From: Candidatus Bathyarchaeia archaeon
GTDB taxonomy: Archaea; Thermoproteota; Bathyarchaeia; Bathyarchaeales; Bathycorpusculaceae
Assembly (NCBI GenBank): GCA_049521795.1
Contig: JBEKOM010000003.1
Span: 1-64,000 of the forward strand
Reading direction: 5' to 3'
DNA length: 64,000 nt
In this document: positions 19,193 through 30,400 of the stretch, one piece after another
Layout: every line of letters starts with the position of its first letter
How positions within the stretch are numbered: position 1 is the stretch's first letter
Notes under the pieces: generated by a model
Database searches by the model: none
Told to the model about the DNA's origin: nothing
Seen by the model: only the letters and a program-made list of their open reading frames with translations
Position numbers and translations under genes: made by a program

Positions 19193-20365
19193 TTAGTTGG
19201 CGCGCACCATACGCGCCGAATCGCCAATTCCTTTGTATATCTGAAGACAACGCCTAGCAACAACTTCGTAGGAAAAGTTTTGCCTAACTGTCTCCCGGCC
19301 ATTTTTCCCTAGATACGCAGCCAGATTCTTATCCAATAGCAATCGTCTCACTCCATTTGTGAGCTCCGCAGGGTCATTAGGAGGAACGAGCAGGCCATTG
19401 TACCCATCTTCTATGATTTCTGGCACACCACCGACGTTAGTTGCTACTGCAGGCTTCTCAAAAGCCAATGCTTCAACAAGCGAAAGGCCAAAGGGTTCCT
19501 GCCAAACTGAGGGAAAAACGAAAACATCCGCTGCGTCATAATAAAGCTTTAACAAGCCATCAGGAACGTATCCTTCAAAGATAACGTGGTTGTCAACATT
19601 CAGCCTCTTGGCTTTTGACTTCAAATAGCCTGTGTAAGTGTTTAGATCTGATCCAAAGGAATAGTCCGGTCCAACAAGAACGGCAGTCAGATTAGGGAAT
19701 TCCTGAATCAATGGCTGGAGGCTTTCAATCAACACTTGGGGGCCTTTGTCAGGGCACTTACGGCCAGTGAACAAAACTATTCTATGCCTTTGTAATCCGA
19801 GTCGATTCTTGGCTTGATCTGAGGTGAGGACGGGCTCAAATGATTTTGTGTCCACTGCAGGTGTCAGAATCTGGATTTTGGATGACTTGACACCGCCTTT
19901 TGCCGCAATGTCATTTTTCAGATACTCACTCACTGTTAATACTCTGTCAAATGCCCTTAGAGGCCAGGTAGTTCGTACACTATTATGCAGGCTTATTACG
20001 GTGGGAATGTTCAATATTTGTTTGCAGGTGATTGCAACGATGGATGCGTAGAGATCATGAACATGGAGGATGTCTATGGGGTAGCGTCGATGTATGTTCA
20101 ACGTGGCTTTAAGGAAATGCGCATTAGACAATAAATGATGTGCGACACCATCATTTGCGATTATTCTGAGCAGATTGAAAAGGTACCTATTATATTCAAA
20201 GGTTTGTACGTGCAACCTAGATGTATATTCTTCATTTGCTCCCAACGCAACTATATCAACATCGTTTCCAGTTGCCAGCTCTCTTGACAATCCATAAACA
20301 TATGGAGCAATAGCACCTTTCCTCTCTGGAAGCATTTTTTCTGCATATGCCATGCAAACATGCAT
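19193..20365 (-). CDS. Glycosyltransferase family 4
   Basis: FTGRKCPDKG, EPFGLSLVEA, GGVPEII. Confidence 0.93.
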   Translation of the reverse strand: MHVCMAYAEKMLPERKGAIAPYVYGLSRELATGNDVDIVALGANEEYTSRLHVQTFEYNRYLFNLLRIIANDGVAHHLLSNAHFLKATLNIHRRYPIDILHVHDLYASIVAITCKQILNIPTVISLHNSVRTTWPLRAFDRVLTVSEYLKNDIAAKGGVKSSKIQILTPAVDTKSFEPVLTSDQAKNRLGLQRHRIVLFTGRKCPDKGPQVLIESLQPLIQEFPNLTAVLVGPDYSFGSDLNTYTGYLKSKAKRLNVDNHVIFEGYVPDGLLKLYYDAADVFVFPSVWQEPFGLSLVEALAFEKPAVATNVGGVPEIIEDGYNGLLVPPNDPAELTNGVRRLLLDKNLAAYLGKNGRETVRQNFSYEVVARRCLQIYKGIGDSARMVRAN

Positions 20366-20412
20366 GTTCTTTCGTTCCTACAGTCTTACAATCTTAAGCC
20401 TTGATTGTATGA

Positions 20413-21165
20413 TTAATTCGGATCCTTGCCATTCCATCGCGCGTGAAGATATCCCATCATGCCGTCAAAATCCAAATAGACAATAGTACGTGCTAAAGCC
20501 TTCCACATGGGGTTTCTGTTTTCCTGCCAACGTGCTTTTCCTTCGCTATATTTTCTTGCTTTTGTCAAAACAGGTTTCAAGTGAACACAACTAACTTCTT
20601 TGAACAATATCTTGTGTTTCTTTGAAATAGCGTGGTGTAAGTGGGCATCTTCATTTGTTTCAAGTTTTCTAAGCGATTCAAAGTCCTCAGTTCCAAACCA
20701 AGCTTGCCTTTGAAAAGCGTAAATGGGGCTAAAAGGCTCTTCCAAATGTAGGAGTATGAGAAGACCCCGAACGAAGAATGAGAAAGACAACGGAAATTCC
20801 AATCTTCTGAAGCTAATCAGAGCTATGCCATCTCGTCCTATCAAATCCAAGTATTCCTTAATTTTCGGGTCCAAAATCGTGTCTGCATCTGTGTTTAGTA
20901 TGACTTCGTTCTTGGCTGCCAAGAACCCTGCTCTTCTGACGAAGGCTATTCTGAACTTCCAATCAGGCGAGTTACCAACCTCTATTAGTCTTGTCACATT
21001 TCCATAAGGGCTTTTTTTGATTAGGGCTTTGGTAGCTTCGATATCCTTGTCTCCTTCGTCAAAGACAAGAATTATCTCGTTCGGCTCAACACGCCAAACA
21101 CTGGGCAAGGTTGAAGACAAGAATTCTTCATCATTGTGAATTGGCATTACAATGCTGAATTTCAT
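20413..21165 (-). CDS. Glycosyltransferase family 2
   Basis: FSIVMPIHN N-terminus, DAD (DXD) motif and ED motif. Confidence 0.85.
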   Translation of the reverse strand: MKFSIVMPIHNDEEFLSSTLPSVWRVEPNEIILVFDEGDKDIEATKALIKKSPYGNVTRLIEVGNSPDWKFRIAFVRRAGFLAAKNEVILNTDADTILDPKIKEYLDLIGRDGIALISFRRLEFPLSFSFFVRGLLILLHLEEPFSPIYAFQRQAWFGTEDFESLRKLETNEDAHLHHAISKKHKILFKEVSCVHLKPVLTKARKYSEGKARWQENRNPMWKALARTIVYLDFDGMMGYLHARWNGKDPN

Positions 21166-21228
21166 CTGTGTTCACTCAGCTAAGGCAGGTTTTAAGAGAG
21201 CGCGCGCTCAAGACTAAACAAACAGTTG

Positions 21229-22275
21229 CTAAATAATTTCACCATATAGTAATTTGCTTTTAGCAATCTTTGACAGTGTTTTTCTGTACAATCCATCGTT
21301 ATCCTTAACCTGTTCTGTAAAGCGGCCTTCAAAAATCTCAAAACGTTTCTTGTATTCTTCGTTCGATTTATGCAAGAGATAAACTATGAACAATAAACGT
21401 GCCATTTCTGTGTCGATCTCGAATTCGGAAAAGTATCTCTTCTGGCATCTATACACTAAATTTGAAAACCAGTTGTCTCGGAAGTATATGTTTTCTAAAG
21501 CATTAATTTTATACTCGTCATTGCTTACGATTCCTTCCTTTGTCAATTCGAAACCATACCATAATGGGAAATGAAAAATGTCAATGGATGAGATGTGAGA
21601 AACTGAGTCTTCCCAATCAATTACTTTCATGGTTTGGTCTAAAAGGAGAATGTTGTGGGACCAAAAGTCTCCATGCTGCACTGAAATGGAAACCTTTTTT
21701 CCTTTCAACTGTTCTAATTCCTTTAGAACCCAATCGAATAGTTGCTTTTCGTCCCTATTAATTGTGAAGAATCTGCGATGTTGATTAATCAGGAACCTGA
21801 CGTATTCACTTTCAATTCGATCAGTACAAATACAACAACTTCGAGTTGCTTTATGAAAGTTTATTAGCCAATCTGTTGCCAACTGAAAATGCTTCTCAGC
21901 ATTCTTTTCGCTTGCGATCATTGGGAAACCACTAATCCCTGACTCTATCAAAAAGTTCAAACCGTTTATGCGACCTAAAAACAATGGTTTAGGAATCGTT
22001 TCAGTCATAGGCCTTCTGATTTTTTCATATATTCTCCGAAGATTTTCATACTCATTCTTAAGTCTATAATCGAACTTCGACTCGCGATATAATTTGGCGA
22101 CCATAACAGGGGTCTCATTGTTCTTGGCAAAAAGCAGAAAAGAAATCTTCCCTCGTTCATTTGAGCAAATCTCAAGTACATAGATGTCTCTAACATCTTT
22201 TGGCATCTCCTCAGGGAGTTCAGTCGTCAATTTATTCCAGTTTTTCTTGACGAAGCTTTTGAGAAATTCTGTCAT
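21229..22275 (-). CDS. Aminoglycoside phosphotransferase/choline kinase-like protein (probable glycan kinase)
   Basis: VAK, HGDFWSHN (Brenner motif) and VIDWE. The ATG at 22275 overlaps the upstream stop (ATGA). Confidence 0.85.
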   Translation of the reverse strand: MTEFLKSFVKKNWNKLTTELPEEMPKDVRDIYVLEICSNERGKISFLLFAKNNETPVMVAKLYRESKFDYRLKNEYENLRRIYEKIRRPMTETIPKPLFLGRINGLNFLIESGISGFPMIASEKNAEKHFQLATDWLINFHKATRSCCICTDRIESEYVRFLINQHRRFFTINRDEKQLFDWVLKELEQLKGKKVSISVQHGDFWSHNILLLDQTMKVIDWEDSVSHISSIDIFHFPLWYGFELTKEGIVSNDEYKINALENIYFRDNWFSNLVYRCQKRYFSEFEIDTEMARLLFIVYLLHKSNEEYKKRFEIFEGRFTEQVKDNDGLYRKTLSKIAKSKLLYGEII

Positions 22276-23417
22276 TTTATGTTTCTCTTCTTGCACACAA
22301 TACTGAAGGATGGAACGAAGTGTTTCACTATCCGCATTGGAACTTTGTGCAACCGGCACAATTTACTAAGGTACATGAATTTTGCCCAGTTCTTAGATTT
22401 CACATACCTTTCATTTACTAATCGTTTCATAAGATATTGGAACTGGGGAGAACCATCAAGCGAAAAAATAAACTTAAACTCGCGATAGTCTGGAATTGGA
22501 CAATAGAATTCAATTGTGGAAAAACCAACTTTTGACAGAAGTTTTATGTATTCATTGTACGAATATGTGTATGCAGTATAGCTTTCACCTTTTGAGATTT
22601 GCGAGTATAAATCTGCTAGTTTTCTGGGTAGGAGAGTAATGAACGGTAAGTTGCTGTGGGGGTCCTTCTCCCCTAAGAGATAGTTCAATCCAAATCTATT
22701 TTCGATTCCGATGTAAAGATTCCCGTTCTCTTTAAGCCCATCGAATATTTTCTGAAGTGCTTTTTCTTGAGCCCTTCGCGGATTGGATTGATTGTCTGAC
22801 CATCCTATCCACTCCAGCACGCCGTTTAATATTATTGTGTCAAAGTAGTTTTCTGGAAAGGGAAAGTCTAAGACATCTGCGCATGCACAACAAATATTGG
22901 TCATTTTTTCTTGTTTCTTACGAATATCAAGGAATTTGACTCTCTCGAAGACCGGGTCGATTGCTACTACCAAGCCTGCTGTTTGAGCGAGTGAAAAGGT
23001 TATGTTGCCCCAACCGCACCCAACGTCCAATACTATATCCTTTTTCGTCATCGGAAGCAGGAATCGCCAGTCGGCTCTGCTTGGGTCTGCCGCGTACTTG
23101 TACACCCATGGATGTATCCTTCCTGCAGATTTGAGCGCCGTTCTCCACCCATACTTTTCAGCCGTACTGATACACTCGTGCATTTGCTTTTGCGGGATTT
23201 CCCCGAAGTACCGATTTGTTTTTGAAAACTTGGGGATGCCATCTACAATATCCCATTGGCTTGAACAGCTTGTGCAGACTAATGTGTTCGTGTTTGCTAT
23301 TAAATTGCCTTTGCATGATGGGCATCGAAATTCCAAACCATTATTATATTCACCTTGATCATTTTTGCGAATCTCTGATTCACCATTTAAGCATGGGAAA
23401 CCGCGTGAGTTCAACAT
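22272..23417 (-). CDS. SAM-dependent methyltransferase with N-terminal Trm112-like Zn-finger
   Basis: CPSC...CTSC...IVDGIP, VLDVGCGWG, LNGVLEW, IGIENR. SD GGAGG before ATG 23417. Confidence 0.85.
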   Translation of the reverse strand: MLNSRGFPCLNGESEIRKNDQGEYNNGLEFRCPSCKGNLIANTNTLVCTSCSSQWDIVDGIPKFSKTNRYFGEIPQKQMHECISTAEKYGWRTALKSAGRIHPWVYKYAADPSRADWRFLLPMTKKDIVLDVGCGWGNITFSLAQTAGLVVAIDPVFERVKFLDIRKKQEKMTNICCACADVLDFPFPENYFDTIILNGVLEWIGWSDNQSNPRRAQEKALQKIFDGLKENGNLYIGIENRFGLNYLLGEKDPHSNLPFITLLPRKLADLYSQISKGESYTAYTYSYNEYIKLLSKVGFSTIEFYCPIPDYREFKFIFSLDGSPQFQYLMKRLVNERYVKSKNWAKFMYLSKLCRLHKVPMRIVKHFVPSFSIVCKKRNIK

Positions 23418-23560
23418 TTTGAATCCTCCAGTTTTCCAGATTGCTTTGCAGGTTTTTGCAAGCATTGAGGAGACTTGATGGAAAGCGCAAACTCCATTCT
23501 TAACAGGCGTAAATTCAAGAGACAACCTTTAATGAAACAAGCACGCATGTTTGTTTCCCT

Positions 23561-24700
23561 TCATTGCATATTTAGGCACTTTTTGTAGGTTACTTCGTAC
23601 TTATCTAGAGCAGTTTCCCACGAGTATTCTTTGGTCACTAGTTCGGCAGCTTGCCAGCCCATCTTTTTTCTCAGATCGCCATCTGACAATAGATAATTTA
23701 TTGACTTGGCAAGATGCGCGGGTTTTTCATTCTCCACCAAGCACGCAACTTTCCTGATCACGTCTTCGACGGCGCCCGCATAGGTGCTCACAACAGGGGT
23801 TCCGCAGGCTGAGGCTTCGATTGGGACCATACCGAAACTTTCGTATCTGCTCGGAAAAACAAGGAGGTCAGCGGTCTTGTAGTATCTTGCCAGAAGGTCT
23901 CGGGGGACAGTTCCTAAAAGTTTAACATGGCTTTTTACATTTCTCAGTTGGAACCGTATTTTTCTCATGAACGCTGGTTGATCGCAAAGTCCGATGACCG
24001 CCAATAGCGTGTCTGGATGTTTCCTCAGTATCTCAGGATAAGCTTCCAGCATCAAATCTAGTCCTTTTTGGCTGCTGATTCGCCCAACATACAAAAGGAG
24101 AAATTCATAATCCTCTTTCAGGTCAATGGACGACACTTTGGGGTTAAACAGTTCCGTGTCGACTCCGCACGGTATGACTTCTATTTTTTCCTGAGGCAGC
24201 CCTTTGTTGACAAGATGTCGTTTGTAATTTTCAGAGGGGACTATGATCGCTCTGGCTTTGTTGAACACCCTGTTTCCATAAAAACTGAAGTAGGAATCTG
24301 TGAGAAACTTCGTCAGCATGTTCCCTCTGTACGCGGGAGCATCTCTAGGATCAACAACCCATTCCAGAACCAGGGGCAGTTTTTTGGAGGCAACATGAGC
24401 TGATATGTCTGTGAAGAAAACTGGATAACCGTAAGCGTGCAGCAGATCTGAATCCTGAGCTAGTCTGCTGATTAGACCGTATGCTTTCACGGAAACTGGT
24501 GTGTTATAAACTCTGAAAGTGATTGGAACTCTGTAAAGATCTGGGTCCTCTTCGTCTTCTTGTTGATCCTTTGATGTTCGAGTTGTAACCACTTTGACCT
24601 TGTGCCCTCGCTTTCTCAAACCAGAAGTTGTGCGATATGCGGTGATTTCCATGCCTCCCCAGTGTGGAGGGTAATAGGGAACCGCTTTCAAGATCTTCAA
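23561..24700 (-). CDS. Glycosyltransferase family 4
   Basis: YYPPHWGG, YVGRISSQKG, ESFGMVPIEA. Confidence 0.93.
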   Translation of the reverse strand: MKILKAVPYYPPHWGGMEITAYRTTSGLRKRGHKVKVVTTRTSKDQQEDEEDPDLYRVPITFRVYNTPVSVKAYGLISRLAQDSDLLHAYGYPVFFTDISAHVASKKLPLVLEWVVDPRDAPAYRGNMLTKFLTDSYFSFYGNRVFNKARAIIVPSENYKRHLVNKGLPQEKIEVIPCGVDTELFNPKVSSIDLKEDYEFLLLYVGRISSQKGLDLMLEAYPEILRKHPDTLLAVIGLCDQPAFMRKIRFQLRNVKSHVKLLGTVPRDLLARYYKTADLLVFPSRYESFGMVPIEASACGTPVVSTYAGAVEDVIRKVACLVENEKPAHLAKSINYLLSDGDLRKKMGWQAAELVTKEYSWETALDKYEVTYKKCLNMQ

Positions 24701-24730
24701 GGGTGAAACCTTTTGAATTCTGTAGAATGC

Positions 24731-25828
24731 TCAGGCACCGGTAACTTCGTAGTACAGTCTCTCTATTTTCGCAGAAACTGTGGCCCAACCATATTCGTTC
24801 TCGGCGAGTTTCCTGGCCTTTCGTCCAATTTCTGCAATTTTTTCGTCTGCGAAGATTCTGGTCGCTGCCTTAGCGATGGCTTCAGAATCTCTTTTGGGCA
24901 CAACGATTCCGCATTCGTTCGCAACGAGAGAAGATGGACCTGCAAGATCCGTGACTATGGCAGGCTTGCCACATGCAAACCCTTCTAGAACGACCAGGCC
25001 AAAGGCTTCAAGCCTGGTGGTTGAAGGCAAAACCACGACGCCGGCGTCTTGATAGTATTTTGGAAGCTCATCCGCGGGAACGAATCCCGTAAAGTGCACT
25101 CGGGAAGTGAGATGTAATTGCTTGGTCAAGTTCACTAAGTGATCGTAGTAGGATTTGCTGACCTTTTTCCCCAATATTACCAGGTCTAGATCGACGAATT
25201 CCAGAGACCTGATCAAATATTCAAGTCCTTTCTCCGGGATTATTCTCCCCACAAACAACATTCTCCTCGGATATTCATAGTTGGGTCTGAAACGATCCAC
25301 ATCCACGCCTCCGGGAATTATCTCGACCTTTTCAGAGAATCGCTTCAGAATCTGCGAGGTTTCAAAGAAGGGTTTGGTCGTTACGATTATTCGATCAACT
25401 TCTCGCAAGGCGTTTGAAAGCAGAAAATCATCATGAAAGATTTTCAAGCCCCTGTACAGAACATTCGAACCGTTCTGTCCATCCAGGTCTATCTCGCAAT
25501 GATAAGTGGCTACCACCGCACATTTCTTAGCCCTTGCCAGGAAACACGCTATGTCCGAGGCTAAGGGAAAAGGAAAATGCACGTGAACAACGTCCAAATC
25601 GCTCTGCAAAATCTTCGCGTACAACGAAGGAATGTAGGGTGTTCGAAACAAAGTCAAAAAAGGGTAGCACTCGCAATACTTCACGTTTTGCACTCTTTCG
25701 ATATCCGGACTCTTTGACGTAAAGACCGTTACACTGTGCTTCTTGCTCTGTTCTCTAGCCAAGTTCGAAACGTACTCTTGGATGCCTCCGTGGTAGGGGT
25801 AGGAAAGAACGTGTCCGATTTTCAACAC
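24731..25828 (-). CDS. Glycosyltransferase family 4
   Basis: FVGRIIPEKG, EAFGLVVLEG. Confidence 0.93.
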   Translation of the reverse strand: MLKIGHVLSYPYHGGIQEYVSNLAREQSKKHSVTVFTSKSPDIERVQNVKYCECYPFLTLFRTPYIPSLYAKILQSDLDVVHVHFPFPLASDIACFLARAKKCAVVATYHCEIDLDGQNGSNVLYRGLKIFHDDFLLSNALREVDRIIVTTKPFFETSQILKRFSEKVEIIPGGVDVDRFRPNYEYPRRMLFVGRIIPEKGLEYLIRSLEFVDLDLVILGKKVSKSYYDHLVNLTKQLHLTSRVHFTGFVPADELPKYYQDAGVVVLPSTTRLEAFGLVVLEGFACGKPAIVTDLAGPSSLVANECGIVVPKRDSEAIAKAATRIFADEKIAEIGRKARKLAENEYGWATVSAKIERLYYEVTGA

Positions 25829-25997
25829 AATTTCTCCTTTACCGTATCTTCAAAATGCGAGCGCGTGGTCCGCGTGAGAAGTTACGAACGAAGATTCGTT
25901 TCCTGCCAAAGCCTCGCTCGCGGGTTGCATAAGTCAACCAAAAACGAACAAATCTGAAGTGAAACATGCGCACGCGACGACAAACTCGCCTTCAAAC

Positions 25998-26366
25998 TCA
26001 CTTTGCACCTGATCGCTTGGTGCAGTCGCGACCATTGCGGTTCTGACACATCTTTTCCAGCTCCTCCCTCTCAGCTACGAGACTGTTAAGCATCCTGTCG
26101 ACGTCCTGATGCTTGCTTGAAAAACTGTTGTACTTCCCAAGGAACTCCTCGCCCCTCTCAGTGAGCCTGTAACTCGTATCCACGAAGCTGACGAAGCCAA
26201 TCTCAACGGCCTCCCGAAGATACTTCTCCAACAGCACGTGGCTGAGATTCGCATAGTACATTATTCGAGTCTTCTTCCCATTCTTCAAGGCAGCATCCAG
26301 AACATCCGCTATGATTTCTAACCGATGCCTATGCTTACCCGTACAGACACTTCCTCTGTCACTCAA
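25998..26366 (-). CDS. Archaeal winged-helix regulator (HTH_45-like)
   Basis: RxRLEIIADVL...KTRIMYYANLS...YRLTERGEEFL. Confidence 0.85.
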   Translation of the reverse strand: MSDRGSVCTGKHRHRLEIIADVLDAALKNGKKTRIMYYANLSHVLLEKYLREAVEIGFVSFVDTSYRLTERGEEFLGKYNSFSSKHQDVDRMLNSLVAEREELEKMCQNRNGRDCTKRSGAK

Positions 26367-26549
26367 GAAAACGAGGGTTGCTGAAAAAAATCGCGCAACC
26401 TACCGTATCTAATCCCTCCCTGACAGGAGCGGATCGGAAAAAACGGCTCGGTCACTCTTTCAAGACGGCTCTTCTCACAATCCCTCTGCAGAATACACCG
26501 TCGAACCTCTTTTTAACCAGATATGTAAAGAAAAACCAGTACATTTTTC

Positions 26550-26564
26550 TAGAACAATGTTCTA
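26550..26564. promoter_or_regulatory. Palindrome TAGAACA-A-TGTTCTA adjacent to a TTTAAA box; candidate operator
   Basis: Perfect 7-1-7 inverted repeat upstream of the wHTH/GT operon. Confidence 0.45.
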
Positions 26565-26705
26565 TTTAAACACAAAAAGGTCTATTTCCCGCATGTTTTC
26601 TATAAACCTTTTCAGCACCAAAGAATAACTGAAAAGTGGCAAAGAGAATGAGCTAGACCAAACAAAACTCATCGCGCTTGGTAGCGCGCGCTAGGCCCGT
26701 GCGCG

Positions 26706-27404
26706 TTAATAGGCTGTTTCCAACATGATCCGTTTCAGGATTGTGAAGCCGTGTTTGATCTTCAGCTTTTTCTCTCCCAACCGCTCGCGGTATTCTATGT
26801 CTATTTCCCGGATGGTGAAGCCTCTGCGTTCCACATGATGGTTCATTTCAACTTCTAAGTCGAAGCCTCTGGATCTGACCTTCCAGTCGCGCAGTATCCC
26901 TGAACGGATCACTCGCAGACCGGTCAATGGGTCGCGCAGTTGTACGCCGTTGAGCATGTTGTGAGCCCAAGCTAGAAGCCTGTTGCCAAAAATGTAGACG
27001 TCCTCTAAGGCTTTGGCTTCCAAGTGGCCGTTGAACCTGTTGCCACACACCATGCCCACGTGCGGGTTCTCCTCCAAAATCCTAATCATTCTCGGAACGT
27101 ACTCGGCGGGATAAGTGTAGTCTGCATCGGTAAGCACGACGTAATCTGCGCTGAGGTCGGCGTGTTTAAGCGCCTTTGCCATGGCGTCACCCTTGCCTTT
27201 TCCATCTTGAAAAAGAATGTCGGCACCGGTGTTCTTTGCCTTCTCAACTGTCCTGTCTTGGCTGTTACCGTCAACCACCAGAAAGTGCGGATTGCGAAGG
27301 TAGCCCTTCAACTCATCAATCGTCGGTCCGATTCCTTGTTCCTCGTTCAGCGCTGCAATTATAACTTCTGTTGAGCGCCAACGCCTATCTTCTTCCTCAG
27401 TCAA
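26706..27404 (-). CDS. GT2 polyprenol-phosphate glycosyltransferase (DPM1-like)
   Basis: IIAALNEE, VVDGNSQDRT, GKGDA, DAD, ERLGEKKL. Confidence 0.9.
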   Translation of the reverse strand: MTEEEDRRWRSTEVIIAALNEEQGIGPTIDELKGYLRNPHFLVVDGNSQDRTVEKAKNTGADILFQDGKGKGDAMAKALKHADLSADYVVLTDADYTYPAEYVPRMIRILEENPHVGMVCGNRFNGHLEAKALEDVYIFGNRLLAWAHNMLNGVQLRDPLTGLRVIRSGILRDWKVRSRGFDLEVEMNHHVERRGFTIREIDIEYRERLGEKKLKIKHGFTILKRIMLETAY

Positions 27405-27420
27405 ACAAGGAACCCCCTCA

Positions 27421-30400
27421 TCATGATGAACTCCCCCGCTGTGCTTGCTTCACCCTCAACGAGATGTTTTTCTTCAGTTTTCGGAGATTTTCTCGTTCGT
27501 AGAACACTCCGAATCCTGCAAAGCACGCTGCGAAAGCGAGGAGCGCGCTGACAGTGTTTTCCGGCACTACATATACGGCTGGTCCGAAGTTAGCGGTGAC
27601 AGCCATGTCCCCAGTCACGGTTACCGTCCTAGTGGTGCCCGTGCCGGAGCCGTCGCCCATCCAGCTTAAGAACGAGAAACCAACAGCCGGACTCTCAGTC
27701 AATTTGACCACGTCGCCGTAATGGTAAGGTCCAGGCTTGTTAGCATTCACGGAACCTGCTGCAGTCGGAAACACAGTCACCGAAATCGTATATGTCTGCT
27801 GAGTGAATGTCGCCGTTATTGTTCCTGTCCCGTCTATGGTGGCTGTTGCACTGCTCAAGGACGGATAGTCCACGGTTATAGATCCGCTTGTGCCCCAAGA
27901 CGTGAAAGAGTAGCCAGGATCGGGCGTGGCCGTTATTCCGAGTGGTCCAGCGTCTTCCCAAACGTTGGTGCCTGACGGGCCCGTGCTTCCTCCAGTGGCC
28001 GCAAAAGTCACGTGGTACTGAGTCTTATAATTCTCAGTAATCGAGTCAGAAGAGTGAACTGGCGAGGTTAAACCGCCAGACGCGCCAGTGGCGACATACT
28101 GCTTACCAGACCCAGCTGCAACGGTACCGGCAAATGAGAAGGTTGTTCCGTCATCAACCCAAATGCTGGTTTGAGGAAGTGAATCCTGACCATAATCTGT
28201 CGACCCTAATGTGAGAACCGTGTTTGAACCAGCATCACTGCCTACGCCTGTCTGCTCGAAAGTAACTTGCCACTGAGTCTTGTAACTGCCACTCTCAGAA
28301 CCAGACGCGCTAATCGGACTGTCCAGACCGCCGGAAGTGCCAGTCAAAGCATACTGCTTGCCTGAGCCAGCGGAAACTGTGCTCGAATACGAGTAGGCGG
28401 TGCCATCGTCAACCCAGATAGCCGATGACGGAAACATGCTGTACGTGTATGTTGTAGAGCCAACCGTGAGAATCGTACTGGAACCAGCATCACTGTCCAC
28501 ACCACTCTTAGAGAAAGCTACCTGCCACTGAGTCTTGTATTGGCCAGTGACCGTTCCAGCCGCATGAACAGGCGAAGTTAACCCACCAGTGTTACTCGTC
28601 CAAGCATACTGCTTAGTACCGCCTGAAACAGCAACCGTGCTGGCATACGAGAAAGTCGTACCATCATCAACCCAAACACTCGACAAAGGAAGCGAACCCT
28701 GACCATAATCAGTCGTTCCAACGGTGAGAACCGTGTTTGAGCCAGCGTCACTACTCACACCGCTCTGATCAAAAGTCACACTCCACTGAGTCTTATAGCT
28801 CCCACTCTCAGAGCCAGATGCCGTAATCGGAGTGGCCAAACCGCCAGAAGTACCGGTCAAAGCATACTGCTTAGTACCGCCACTCACTGAAACCGTACTG
28901 GCAAAAGAGTAGGCCGAGCTATCGTCAACCCAGATAGCACCAGACGGAAAAGTACTGTACGTGTACTGCGTAGAGCCAACCGTGAGAATCGTACTGGAAC
29001 CAGCATCACTGTCCACACCACTCTTAGAGAAAGTCACCTGCCACTGAGTCTTGTAAGTAGCGCTCACTGACCCAGTCCCATGAACAGGCGAAGCAACGCC
29101 AGTGGGAGTCCCAGTCAAAGCATACTGCTTACCGCTACCTGCGCCAATTGGGTCGGTGAAAGTGTAAGTAGCGCCGTCATCAACCCAAACAGCAGAACTT
29201 GGGAAAGTGCTGTAAGTATAGCTGTTGCTTGGGCTACTCACCGAAAGAACCGTGCCAGAAGCATCACTACCCAAACCACTCTTAGAGAAAGTCACACTCC
29301 ACTGAGTCTTATAGGCCCCATTGACGGTGCCAGAAGCCACTATGGGCGACGCTGGGCCTGTGACACCCGTCCTCAAATACTGCTTGTCAGCACCAGCCGA
29401 AACGATGCTCTCGTAAGAATAGGTTGTTCCACTGTCAAGCCACATGTCGGTCACGGGTAGGTCAATGTAAGTCTTAGCGTTTTCGCCGATCGTGACAACC
29501 GTTCCAGAAGCGTCAGAATCCAACCCGGTCTCTGTGAAGCTGACTTTGAACTGAGTCTTGTACTCAACTGTTAAGGTCACAGGGCCGGTCAACGCTAACG
29601 TCGCATGTGGATTGACATCAGGTCCATCGGTCCAATCGTTGAAAGCGTACCGTGTTCCAGTTGCTCCCGCGACAGGCGAGTCCACGCCTATAGAGCCTGT
29701 GCTGGAAGGTGAAGCGTCAAACCATTTTCGCCAGCCGTCAGATGAAGCGTCATTTATGGTTGAAACCCCATAGTCGTCCTCCACAGGGCTACCGTCAACA
29801 GAGACTGACGTACTGTAAGGCGACGGAAGACCACTGGTCTTGACCGTCAACAAATACTGAGTCTTCCAAGCAGCCGTCTCTGTTATCGGGTTGTTCATCG
29901 TGACCGAATGTGAGGCCTCTGAACCTGTGTACCCGCCGCTGTCGATGCTTGACCATCCCGTGAAGACACTTCGGGTTCCAGCTTCGCTCGAATCAGGAGT
30001 AGTCACACCAAAGTTGGCCGATGAGCCCCCATCGTACCAGCCCTCGCCAGTCGGGTTTCCATACGTGGAACTAACAGTCAGGTAATACTGAGTTGCGGAC
30101 GCAAAAGCGACCGTATGATGAGCGGACATCGTAACTGAGGACGTGGTTAAGGTGCCCGCGTATTCCCTCGTTGGACCTTGGTCGATGCTGTCAAGGGCGT
30201 AGTTTGTGATGGCGCTTCGGCTTTCAGACGGCACGGTGTTCCAAACCCAGTCCGAAGATACGGTGGTTGATGTGCCAGTGTCGTACCATTGGTCACTTGT
30301 GGGTGATGCTGTTCCGAAGCCTATGGAGTTGCCGCCTGTTACTGTGAGATAGTACTGGACCGTGTCGCCGAAGTTCACTGTGTGGTAAGTGGACATGGTG

